Numbered from the whole stretch's first letter, positions 11,641-22,974 are shown. The stretch is DNA of 63,597 nucleotides, filler included, from Octopus bimaculoides (GCF_001194135.2; 6 parts of 5 records of this genome joined end to end with filler, not necessarily neighbours in it); one strand, 5' to 3'. Notes: generated from the letters alone by a model not told the origin. A program made the numbers and translations.

Positions 11641-13268
11641 GCATGTGGCAGATGCTCAGTAGCAATAAATGCTGAAAATGTGCAGAGAACAACTTCTGCC
11701 ACATTCCAGGGAGAAAAACTACAAGTAGTTGACATCTTCCGTTACCTAGGTCAGGGGTTTTCAAACTTTTTGACTTGCGGACCCCTTTATATTTCAGGCT
11801 TAGGGACCCCCTTATAAACGCTTATGAAATTTATACATAAATATTTACTTAAAATAACATATATTTTTACATTTATTTATTTAACAGTATTTAACAAATA
11901 GGTTTATTGTCAATTAAAAGATTTCGATTAAAAACATATATAAAATCAAATTGCCCATAAAAAGTATTTGCTGTCCACGGACCCCCTGTCTTGTCCTTGC
12001 GGACCCCCTGTGGTCCGCGGACCACAGTTTGAAAACCCCTGACCTAGGTGACCAAGTCAGTAGCTCTGAAAGTGTAGCTGCTAGAATAAGAATAGCCTGG
12101 GCAAAGTTCTGAGAGCTCCTACCTCTGCCGGTGACAAAGGGCCTCTTGCTCAGAGTAAACAGTAGACTAGTATGACGCATGTGTACGAACAGCCATGCTA
12201 CATGGCAGTGAAATATGGGCCGTGACTGCTGAGGACATGCGTAAGCTTGCAAGGAATGAAGCCAGGATGCTCCGCTGGATGTGTAGTGTCAATGTGCATA
12301 CATGACAGAGTGTAAGTGCCTTGAGAGAAAAGTTGGACCTAAGAAGCATCAGATGTGGTGTGCAAGAGAGACGACTGCGCTGGTATGGTCATGTGGTTAG
12401 AATGGATGAGGATAGTTGTGTGAAAAAGTGTCCCACCCTAGCGGTTGAGGGAACCTGTGGAAGAGGTAGACCCAGGAAGACCTGGGATGAGGTAGTGAAG
12501 CATGACCTTTGAACATTGCCTCATCGAGGCAATGACTAGTGACTGAGACCTTTGGAAATATGCTGTGCTTGAGAAAACCTGGCAAGCCAAGTGAGACCAT
12601 AACCTGTGGCCTATGCCAGTGGTGTANNNNNNNNNNGTGCTTGAGAAAACCTGGCAAGCCAAGTGAGACCATAACCTGTGGCCTATGCCAGTGGTGTAAC
12701 CAGCCCACTTATGCGTACCTTTCTTTCATTGGACACTAAACTCTGTTTGCGAAGACTTGTTGAGGCAAGTGAAATCAAAATTAAATTCGCTGACATGGCT
12801 GATGACAGCACCGCATGGCTGGCATCTGTGCTAGTGGAACGCTAAGAGCACCATCCGAGCGTGATTGTTGCCAGGGCCGCTGACTGGCTCCCATGCTGGC
12901 GGCACGTAAAAAGCACCATTCAAGCATGATCATTACCACTGTTGCCTAACTGGCATGTGAAAAACAATATTCAAGCGAGGCTGTTACCAGTGCCACTAGA
13001 CTGGTTCCTGTGCAGGTGGCACAAAAAAACCCCACCATTTTGAGCATGGCCGTTGCCAGTACTGCCTGACTGGCCCTCATGCTGGTGGCACGTAAAAGCA
13101 TCCACTACACTCTTGGACTGGTTGGTGTTAGGAAGAGCATCCAGCTGTAGAAACTTTGCCAGATCAGATTGGAGCCTTGTGCAGCCATCTGACTCGCCAG
13201 TCCTCAGTCAAACCGTCCAAACCATGCCAGCATGGAAAGCAGATGTTAAACGATGATGATGATGATGA
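11640..13268 (+). mobile_element. 5'-truncated RTE (BovB-like) LINE relic with 3' UTR, ~60-bp subrepeats and (GAT)n tail
   Basis: VVDIFRYLG|DQV..VAARIRIAWAKF rejoins across the MITE, then LREKL..QERRLRWYGHVVRM..VEG..GRGRPRKTW. The 3' UTR has repeated GGCACGTAAAA(A)GCA units and ends GTTAAACGATGATGATG. Confidence 0.88.
11752..12041. mobile_element. hAT (Buster/Charlie-like) MITE, 290 bp, with 8-bp TSD
   Basis: TIRs CAGGGGTTTTTCAAACT and AGTTTGAAAACCCCTG. TSD ACCTAGGT at 11744-11751 and 12042-12049. Subterminal palindrome CTGTGGTCCGCGGACCACAG. Confidence 0.93.
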
Positions 13269-13462
13269 TGTATATATATATATATATGTATACATATATA
13301 GATAAATATTTATATATATTTATGTATATGTATATATATATATGTACATATATATTTATATGTGTGTATATATGTATGTATGTATATATGTATATATATA
13401 TATATGTGTGTGTGTGTGTATGTGTGTATGTATATATTATATATGTATGCATATATATAATG

Positions 13463-13630
13463 TGACTGCGACCATGCTGGAACACTACCTTTTGTCAAAG
13501 GAATTGACCCCAGGATTTATTCTTTGCAAGCCTAGTACTTATTCTCTCGCAGTGTTTTGCCAAACAGCAAAGTTACGGGGACGTAAACACAGCAACATCA
13601 GTTGTGAAGCAATGGTGGCGGTACAAACAG
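13463..13630 (-). mobile_element. Family A SINE 3' half; further family A pieces on + at 13690-13835 and 13925-13990
   Basis: GACTGCGACCATGCTGGAACAC..GACCCCAGGA.TTATTCTTTG.AAGCCTAGTACTTATTCT is the reverse complement of the family A tail. Confidence 0.75.
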
Positions 13631-13890
13631 ACATACACACACACATATATATACTTGTATACATATATGTGTGTGTGAGAGTGTTTTTGTAACCCCACCA
13701 TTGCTTGATGACAAATGTTGCTGTTTTTATGTCCCTGTAACTTAGCCGTTTGGCTAAACTTGCTAATAGAATATGTACTACGCTGGCAAAGAATAAATCC
13801 TGGCGTTGATTTATAACCGAAACAAGTAAAACAATAAAAAACTACACAATTTTAATCCTAAATAACGCCTGGTATCTCTGATATATTCAT

Positions 13891-13921
<31 letters not shown>

Positions 13922-14034
13922 CTTAACAACCACATGGTTCCGGGTTCATTCCCACAGCGTGGCACCTTGGGCAAGTGTCTTCTACTATAGAAAAAATATA
14001 TGTATGAGGAGTGTTAATTAAAGATTAATTTAAT

Positions 14035-14120
14035 GTCAGTCAGAAAAGATATGCAGTTATAAACACCTGGAAAATACTGGAAAGACTTCTACCAAACTTT
14101 GGTATTGAAAACTATTCAAT
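14035..14120 (+). mobile_element. Short LINE (CR1/L2-like) ORF2 C-terminal fragment
   Basis: QKRYAVINTWKILERLLPNFGI resembles the ERYxIIYxWKILExLVPN motif. Confidence 0.5.
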
Positions 14121-14338
14121 AGCAACATTTTCCTTTTATGCACCTAATTCAATGAAATTAGGTTACTCTGATTACTATGCATAAAAGACAAAATAATTTT
14201 ATTTATTCGTAGATTAGGTAGGCATAATTTGCTCCTGGTTTTCAATCTCAGTATTTAAGCTACACACAGTACTACTGTGGTACACGTGTTTCATACACTT
14301 CTACAGTACCCTTTTCTTTACGTGCTATAAAAAGAGAG

Positions 14339-14575
14339 TGGAGGCTCAATGGCCCAGTGGTCAGGGCAGCGGACTCGCGGTCATAGGATCACGGTTTCGA
14401 TTCCCAGGCCGGGCGTTGTGAGTGTTTATCGAGCGAAAACACCTAAAGCCCCACGAGGCTCCGGCGGGGGATGGTGGCGAACCCTGCTGTACTCTTTCAC
14501 CACAACTTTCTCTCACTCTTACTTCCTGTTTCTGTTGTGCCTGTAATTCAAAGGGTCAGCCTTGTCACACTGTCA
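14339..14575 (+). mobile_element. Family C SINE, truncated by N-gap, upstream of paralog 1
   Basis: High similarity to 5314-5702. It shares diagnostic variants (GCTCAATGG, GTGGTCAGGG, GCCCCACGAGG) with the copy at 17860. Confidence 0.92.
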
Positions 14576-15025
14576 NNNNNNNNNNNNNNNNNNNNNNNNN
14601 NNNNNNNNNNNNNNNNNNNNNNNNNNNNNNNNNNNNNNNNNNNNNNNNNNNNNNNNNNNNNNNNNNNNNNNNNNNNNNNNNNNNNNNNNNNNNNNNNNNN
14701 NNNNNNNNNNNNNNNNNNNNNNNNNNNNNNNNNNNNNNNNNNNNNNNNNNNNNNNNNNNNNNNNNNNNNNNNNNNNNNNNNNNNNNNNNNNNNNNNNNNN
14801 NNNNNNNNNNNNNNNNNNNNNNNNNNNNNNNNNNNNNNNNNNNNNNNNNNNNNNNNNNNNNNNNNNNNNNNNNNNNNNNNNNNNNNNNNNNNNNNNNNNN
14901 NNNNNNNNNNNNNNNNNNNNNNNNNNNNNNNNNNNNNNNNNNNNNNNNNNNNNNNNNNNNNNNNNNNNNNNNNNNNNNNNNNNNNNNNNNNNNNNNNNNN
15001 NNNNNNNNNNNNNNNNNNNNNNNTT

Positions 15026-16138
15026 GATGAAAGCAGGAAGTTAATGGAGATGGTGAGTTATTACGGCGATCAATTGCAAACTTTTTTGGACATTTTAAAT
15101 GAAACAGGCAACAAAAAGCTAGCAAAATGTATAAGTGAGAAAAAAAACGAATTTGTTTTCATGATCAAAAGTAAACAATACCTGAATCCCGAAGGAAGAC
15201 AGAATCATTGCTCGTTGTTACCTCGCAGTATACCAACGCAGTTTATTTACGAATCTAATGTTGAAGATGTCATAGATAAAGTAAAAGAGAAATATAAATG
15301 CCGCAAGCCCATAGCCGATAGATTGTATGTAGTCATCGTCTGTAAAGAAACGAACGGAGATTCTATCTTTTATACTGATGACGACAACATTTTAATTCGC
15401 AAGTTCATTGAAGATATTTATGACATCTTCGATAAAAATGAAGAAATAAAAATAATTGCCATCGTTGATGCCAATGACGAAGAGAAAGACAGAGTAAAGA
15501 CTGAGAAAGACTATTTATTTACATGTTCAATAGCAGAAAGTACAGAAATGTATATCATTGAAAAAAAAAGGAATGAGGACCTGAAAGACTTCAAGTATTG
15601 TGAGAATGTGATGGATTTGTTAAAAAAGATTCCCGATGAGAAAATGAATCTCTACTACAATTATATCTATATTATCATGATGCAGAACAGCGATAGAAAA
15701 ATACAAAAAGCATTGAATAATAAAATAAAACGTATTAAAATAGAATCTAAAAAAATGAACAAACTACAAAAAGTAGAAAATTTTGTTCAGGAAATAAAGC
15801 CTTATTTGAAGCCTGAAATGAAAAAATTCATAATATTCTTCGTAGAAAACTACTGGAAGGTTGAAGTGGCCCTTGATTATATCAAAAAATTATTTACAAA
15901 CCTCTCTGATTTGAAGAAAGAAATTGATATAGTGATACGAAAAACTGATAAACTTACAATTCCAAAAAATATTTCAGTAAAAAAGTCCGACTGGGATAAG
16001 ACAAAATATGTGAGCTTCTATGTGATGGACGAAGAGAAGTGGGTAACAATTTTGGAATCCTCAACGGAAAAACAGATCTCTGTAGATGGCTTTCTAAGAG
16101 AATACTGTTCTAAGATCGAATATGTGGAAGAAAAATAA
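15026..16138 (+). CDS. Intronless ORF (370 visible codons, 5' end in gap): CARD-like death fold plus putative catalytically inactive caspase-like region
   Basis: 1.1 kb stop-free in AT-rich DNA, with a homologous paralog at 18755-19902. ESRKLMEMVSYYGDQLQTFLDILNETGNKKLAKCI fits CARD helices 4-6. Downstream strand/helix motifs resemble the caspase fold by eye only. Confidence 0.75.
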   Translation, partial: DESRKLMEMVSYYGDQLQTFLDILNETGNKKLAKCISEKKNEFVFMIKSKQYLNPEGRQNHCSLLPRSIPTQFIYESNVEDVIDKVKEKYKCRKPIADRLYVVIVCKETNGDSIFYTDDDNILIRKFIEDIYDIFDKNEEIKIIAIVDANDEEKDRVKTEKDYLFTCSIAESTEMYIIEKKRNEDLKDFKYCENVMDLLKKIPDEKMNLYYNYIYIIMMQNSDRKIQKALNNKIKRIKIESKKMNKLQKVENFVQEIKPYLKPEMKKFIIFFVENYWKVEVALDYIKKLFTNLSDLKKEIDIVIRKTDKLTIPKNISVKKSDWDKTKYVSFYVMDEEKWVTILESSTEKQISVDGFLREYCSKIEYVEEK

Positions 16139-17530
16139 GGACTTGTAGGAATTTCATGATTTATATATCTCGAATAAGCAAAATACAGTGATTAGCTTGC
16201 TCCCCACTTCAAGTGTGTCTGAAGCATATTTGGACTGATAATAACATTCCAATCATATATCTTCATTCCAGCTTGAATCATAAAAGTACAGATGTTCTTA
16301 TCACTGTGGAATAACTCCCTGCTTCCAAGGCCTGTTTTTCCATAATGATCTTAAAAATTTATGTTTTTAATGAAATGTAGTTATACATTTTAGAGATGGT
16401 GTTTATTATGATAATATTGGAGACAGGAGAATTGAATATGAAATTGTTTGAAGGAACATTCCACTCTTCACTGACATTGTTAAAATTATGTTTTTGAATG
16501 AAATTTTCTAGAGATATGTTTTTGAGGTCCTAGATTATGATTATCTTGATTAAAGTTAGGAAAAACAAAAATACAAGTTTCAAGTGGTTCCATATCATTG
16601 CCAAAAATAAAGAGGCACTCATAAGTTCCTGTATTGTGTGAAACCTGTGGTCATTTTCCACTTTAATTTGCTCAAGAGAATTCTTTGAAAGAAATATTTT
16701 CGAACAAGTTTGAGTAGAATGCTAACACTTCATTTATTGAATACATATTTCTTTCATTCAAAGGGTTGAAGGAAAATTGAACATGTTTTTCAAGTTTTAT
16801 CATGAAAATCATACTCTATACGCTTAAAAATGTATCTCTGAAAAACTTTAGTAAAAAAAAGTAAGCATTTTAAAGAAAGTTATGAGGAAAGAAAATACTG
16901 ACGATGGGGTAAAATTTTGTAGTTACACCAAAAACGTTTTGTTATATTAAAGATTTTTATTTCATTCCATAGTTAAAGTTTTGGAGAGCATAACATTTGA
17001 AAGAGTGACATGATATTAAAGCATACAGTTATATAGTTTACTTCAGTTAAAGGGAATTATTTGGTATTTTTCAGTGGAGATTATTATAAAGTGCCTTTAA
17101 TTTTGGTGGAAAACCATTTCATTTTATTCACACTGTTGATGTGCTTGTTTTATGCATAAGCATTAAGCCTCCATATACTGCTGAAATTTCCGAGATGCTT
17201 TGCTTAATGAAAAGAAACTAAGAGCAAAAATTAATCAGACTTCAAAGTCTTGCTTTTTAAAGTTGTTTTTGTTTCTTTTCTTTGTTTCTTTTCTGTTTTC
17301 TCTTAGTTCTACAGATTTTAATGATTGAAAAAGATTTTCAAATACTAAATTCAATAAAGTATTAAACTGCTCTTTGATATGCCAGCTGTTCATGTCCTTT
17401 TTTTGTATGCCACGTCTATGGGCAAGTAAATTTATCTTCATTAAGGTCTTTGATAAATTACCTTGAGAAATATATTTGGGATTATTGCGTTGTAAGTTCA
17501 GTTTTCACTGAGGTCAAATTTGCCTATCGC
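16139..17530. repeat. 3' flank of paralog 1, duplicated at 19903-20445 and 21020-22185
   Basis: Shared blocks such as TAAGGACTTGTAGGAATTTCATGATTTATAT, GAAATTGTTTGAAGGAACATTCC (three copies, ~16440, ~20225, ~21028) and TTTTCACTGAGGTCAA. Confidence 0.85.
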
Positions 17531-17859
17531 TGCAAAGAACGGTGACAATGGTATTAGACGTAAACACGTGGACCATCATATCACTTGTTTGGCATTGTGC
17601 TTATTCACAACCATCGGAGGGCGACACGCTCCTCACGGACGCAAGTTCTGCGTCGGATCCAGAGTTATGAACATAAAATGCACATGTACACACTGAATTC
17701 ATAAAACCGAAGAGAGGGATAAAAACAAGTTGTTATCTTCAAGTTTAGGGAGGTAAAAAGTAAATAAAAATATACAAGGGAAATAACTCAACATCTTACT
17801 AGTATTATCCGTACTAATCTGAAATGTTTTCTTTTTTAGCTGTTTATAAATAAATCACA

Positions 17860-18249
17860 GTGGATGCTCAATGGCCCAGTGGTCAGGGCAGCGGACTCGC
17901 GGTCATAGGATCGCGGTTTCGATTCCCAGATCGGGCGTTGTGAGTGTTTATTGAGCGAAAACACCTAAAGCCCCACGAGGCTCCGGCGGGGGATGGTGGC
18001 GAACCCTGCTGTACTCTTCCACCACAACTTTCTCTCACTCTTACTTCCTGTTTCTGTTGTGCCTGTAATTCAAAGAGTCAGCCTTGTCACATTGTGTCAC
18101 GCTGAATATCCTCGAGAACTACGTTAAGGGTACACGTGTCTGTGGAGTGCTCAGCCACTTGCACGTTAATTTCACGAGCAGGCTGTTCCGTTGATCAGAT
18201 CAACTGGAACCCTCGACGTCGTAAGCGACAGAGTGCTAACAACAACAAT
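17860..18249 (+). mobile_element. Family C SINE, full length, upstream of paralog 2
   Basis: Complete head to (AAC)n tail, with the same diagnostic variants as the 14339 copy. Confidence 0.92.
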
Positions 18250-18754
18250 NNNNNNNNNNNNNNNNNNNNNNNNNNNNNNNNNNNNNNNNNNNNNNNNNNN
18301 NNNNNNNNNNNNNNNNNNNNNNNNNNNNNNNNNNNNNNNNNNNNNNNNNNNNNNNNNNNNNNNNNNNNNNNNNNNNNNNNNNNNNNNNNNNNNNNNNNNN
18401 NNNNNNNNNNNNNNNNNNNNNNNNNNNNNNNNNNNNNNNNNNNNNNNNNNNNNNNNNNNNNNNNNNNNNNNNNNNNNNNNNNNNNNNNNNNNNNNNNNNN
18501 NNNNNNNNNNNNNNNNNNNNNNNNNNNNNNNNNNNNNNNNNNNNNNNNNNNNNNNNNNNNNNNNNNNNNNNNNNNNNNNNNNNNNNNNNNNNNNNNNNNN
18601 NNNNNNNNNNNNNNNNNNNNNNNNNNNNNNNNNNNNNNNNNNNNNNNNNNNNNNNNNNNNNNNNNNNNNNNNNNNNNNNNNNNNNNNNNNNNNNNNNNNN
18701 NNNNNNNNNNNNNNNNNNNNNNNNNNNNNNNNNNNNNNNNNNNNNNNNNNNNNA

Positions 18755-19902
18755 TCTGAATGTTTAAAAGACATCGACCGAGTTATTGATTTGGCACGCA
18801 AGAAGGAAATTTTGAATGAACACGAAAAAAATTATGTGAATGAAAGCAGGAAGTTAATAGAGATGGTGAGTTATTACGGCGATCAATTGCAAACTTTTTT
18901 GGACATTTTAAATGAAACAGGCAACAAAAAGCTAGCAAAATGTATAAGTGAGAAAAAAAACGAATTTGTTTTCATGATCAAAAGTAAACAATACCTGAAT
19001 CCCGAAGGAAGACAGAATCATTGCTCGTTGTTACCTCGCAGTATACCAACGCAGTTTATTTACGAATCTAATGTTGAAGATGTCATAGATAAAGTAAAAG
19101 AGAAATATAAATGCCGCAAACCCATAGCCGATAGATTGTATGTAGTTATTGCCTGTAAAGATCTTTCCGAAATATTTACTAAGGGTTATGAGGAAGATGA
19201 AATGAGCCGTTTACTCATACATATGTATAATATATTCGGTGAAAGTAAAGAAATAAAAGTAATTGTCAACCTTGCTTCAATCACCGGAAAGGAAAATTGC
19301 TATTTTTTGCCATCCTCAATGATGGGAAACATAGAGATGTATATCATTAAAAGTAAAAAGGATGAGGAACTGAAAGACTTGAAAGTTTGTACGAGTGTTG
19401 CAGATACGTTAAAAAAAAGATTACAGTAGCAAAATAACTTTCACCGAGAGTTATACGTATCTTCTTGCGACGAATTCCAATAAGAGTGATAGAAACTAAG
19501 TTGTGTTCTGTTAACATGGTCAGTTTAAGACGACGTTCATTAAGTGATTGTGCAAAAATCGCTCAAGAAAATATAAATAAGAAACAAGACAAAATCAGGG
19601 GCGTTGAACTAAGGTCCAAGATCAAACGAATCATAATAATTTTTGTAGAAGCATTCTGTGACAGTGAAGAGGTTACTAATTTGTTTGAAACGTGCTACAA
19701 ATTGGAGAAAAGAATTGATATAGTAATTAAAAACGGCGAAGAAGGATATAAACTGAAAGACTCTGAGTGGAAGAAGAAACATAATGTGTTCATTTATGAC
19801 CAGGACAAAATTGTGAAGATAAAATCCTTGAAAGAAAAGATCTCTGTAGATAATTTTCTTAGAGAATACTGTACCAAGATCGGTGATGAGAATGAACAAT
19901 AA
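18755..19902 (+). pseudogene. Paralog of the CARD-like ORF, disrupted by frameshifts (or sequencing errors) around 19400-19500
   Basis: Frame 18755-19429 aligns to paralog 1 and stops just after an A8 run (A6 in paralog 1). The C-terminal homology (IIIFVEAF..IDIVIK..ISVDNFLREYCTKI) resumes in another frame and ends at a stop homologous to that of paralog 1. Confidence 0.72.
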
Positions 19903-20446
19903 GGACTTGTAGGAATTTCATGATTTATATGTCTTCAACAAGCGAGATATATTCTCGGTGACAAAACGCAGTGATTAACTTTTTCCCCAGTTTGAGCATA
20001 TTCGGATTTATAATAACATTGCAATTATATACCTTCAGTCAATTCTGAATCAGAAAAGTACAGATGTTTATAAGACTTTACAATAACTACAGTCGTTTTT
20101 TACTCTCTTCTCGTTAGGCCTGTTTGTCGATAACGTTCTTAAAAGCTTGTTTTTAATGAAATGGAGTGATACATTTTAGATGGTGTATATTACGATAATA
20201 TTGGAAGCAGAATATTTGAAAACGAAATTGTTTGAAGGAACATTCCGTTCTTCACTGACTTTGTAAAATACATAAAATTTTTCTAGAGATATGTCTTTGA
20301 AGCACTAGATTATGATTATCTTGATAAAAGTTGGAATCCCCGCACAGAAAAAAGCAAGTTTCAATAATTCCATGTCATTGCTAGAAATAGAGGCACGCAT
20401 AGGTTCCTAGTTTGTGTGAATCCTGTTGTCAACTTTGCTTATCATT

Positions 20447-21010
20447 TTTCTAGGGCTCGAGAAATAAAAATGGTGGATTGGTAGAATCCCCAGAGAGTTT
20501 GACGAGATGACATACAATGTTTATTCCATCTTTTTGTATTCCGATTTTAAATCGTGCAATGGCTTTTATAGGTTGAAGACTCGATCCTATTTAACAACAC
20601 TACCCTGGGTGCTTTAGTGGAGCCCACACAATTGCAAGCAAGCAAGCAATCAAGCAAGCAAGCAATCAAGCAAGCAATCAATCAAGCAAGCAAGCAAGCA
20701 AGCAAGCATTGAGACCATATATCTGGTTTGAGGATACGTTCTACAAACTGTTTTGCAGGACCCAGTATGAGGTTGTCTCCAAAAGTTTTGTGTATTGTAC
20801 GGGAGATAATTGCGTGCAATTTAATGAGATTTATCTCCCCGTGATAGTATTGGAATTATTTTTGCCTGACCTCACATTCACTGCTTCAGTTTTGAAGGCA
20901 ATTCTGTAGGGAGAATGAGAGGAAGGCTACATGGTCTCATTAACATTCATGGCTGTGTTGTTAAGAAGTATGCTTTGCAACCACTTTGTTTTTGAATACA
21001 TCCCAGTGTG
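20447..21010. repeat. ~0.5-kb duplicated block, second copy at 22184-22700
   Basis: Both begin TTTTTC(T/C)AGGGCTCGAGAAATAAAAATGG and end TTTGAATACATCCCAGTGTG. They differ by an (AAGC/AATC)n expansion and a 15-bp indel. Confidence 0.88.
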
Positions 21011-22974
21011 TATAGTGTCATGAAAATGAAATTGTTTGAAGGAACATTCCGCTCTTCACTGACATTGTTAAATACATACGTTTTAATGAAAATTTCTAGA
21101 GATACGTCTTTGAGGCCCTAGATTATGAATATAGAGATTAAAGTGGACCCCCTACGAAAAAACAAAACAAAAAACAATAACATAAATTTCGAGTAATTCC
21201 ATGTCATTGCCAGAAATAAAGAGGTACTCATAAGTTCCTGTTGTCGCTTTTCTCTTTAATTTGCTCAAGAAAATTCTTCGAAACAATATTTTTGAAAATG
21301 CGGAGTAGAATGCTAACACTCCATGTATTGAGTACATGTCTCTTTCATTCAAAATGTTGATAGATAGAAATATAAATAAAAAAATTGGACAGCGGATAAT
21401 GGAAGGATTTTTAAACGCTTCTCACCGGAAAAATCAATATTTTTTTTCAAGTTTTATCACACTAATCATATTCTATACACTTAAAATCGAATCTCTGAAG
21501 AACTTCAATAAAAAACAGTAAGCATTTTAAAGAAAGTTACAAGGACAGAAATTGCAGACGATGGGACACAATTTTGTAGTCATACCAAAAATGTTTTCTT
21601 TTATTAAAGATTTTCGTATTATTCCATAATCAAAGTTATTGAAAGCGTAAGATTTGAAGTTGTAACATGATATTAAAGCTTGTATTTAAATATTTTACTT
21701 CAGCTAAAAGGGATAATTTGGCATTTTTTAATAGAGACTATAATAAAGTGCCTTCAATTTCGGTAGCAAACTGTTTCATTTTATTCATACTGCTGATGTG
21801 CTTGTTTTATGCTCTAACATTAAACTTACATGTACTCATGAAATTTCCGAGATGCTTTGCTTAATGAAATTAAACCTCAAACGTCTTATTTTTTTTAAAA
21901 ACTTGCTTGTCTTCGTGTCTTTCTTTGTTTTTTTTTTTCTCTCTCTCTTTGTTCTACAGATTTTAATCATTGTAAAGGTTTTTGAAATGCGGAGTTAAAT
22001 AAAATATTGAACTACTAATTGAAGTGCCAGCTGTTCATATACTTTTTCATTGTACGGCACCTTTTCTATGGGCATGTAAATTTATCCTCATTAGGGTTTT
22101 GGACGATATACTTTGAGTAATATATTTTGGTTCATTACGTTGTGTGTTCAATTTTCACTGAGGTCAACTTCGCTTATCATTTTTCCAGGGCTCGAGAAAT
22201 AAAAATGGAGGATTGGTAGAATCTCCAGAGAGTTTGACGAGATGACATACAATGTCTATTCCGTCTTTTTGTGCTCCGATTTCAAATCGTGCAATGGCTT
22301 TTATAGGTAGAAGACTTAATCCTATTTAACAACACCGTCTTTGGTGCTTTAGTGGAGCCCATACAATTGCAAGCAAGCAAGCATTCCGACCATATGTCTG
22401 GTTTGAGGATAAATTTTTGTAACAGTTTTAAAGGGCCCAGTATGGGGCTGTCTTCAAAGAGTAGCACCGAAATAGTATTGTGTAATGCACGGGAGATAAT
22501 TGCGTACAATTTAATGAGATTTATCTCCCCGTGATAGTATTGGAAATATTTTTGCCTGACGTCACAATGAACGCTTTAGTTTTGAAGACAATACTGTAGG
22601 GAGAATGAGAGGACGGCTACATGGTCTCATTAACATTCATGGGTGTGTTGTTAAGAAGTATGCTTTGCAACCACTTTGTTTTTGAATACATCCCAGTGTG
22701 CAGCATTGTGTATAAATGTTTTCTATTATAGTGTCCGGATCTTTTTTAAAACGGGGGCCACATTTTTCATTAACGAAACACTTTGAAACTTGGAACACTG
22801 GTAGAATGTGTCATATAAAACATCTTTTTCTCTTAGTCTTCTTAAAAAAAAAAGAAATCCATAAGTTATTCCATGTGAAAGTTGTCGTATTTCTGTAATT
22901 TCAACCAATCACTGACGTCCATTCAGTCGATATACATTAAGTGCCGACTACATAAACAAACGATTCTGAAACAA

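Noticed and set aside
16400-17530. Faint Penelope-RT-like words on the minus strand of the gene 3' flanks (DYGIIRKSFNK, TGTYE..EPL, NVP)
   Set aside because: Too decayed to distinguish from chance by eye. It needs tblastn or an HMM search.
22282-22509. Minus-strand ORF in the duplicated 0.5-kb block (indels between copies are multiples of 3)
   Set aside because: The other copy has an in-frame stop in the microsatellite, and substitutions are largely non-synonymous.
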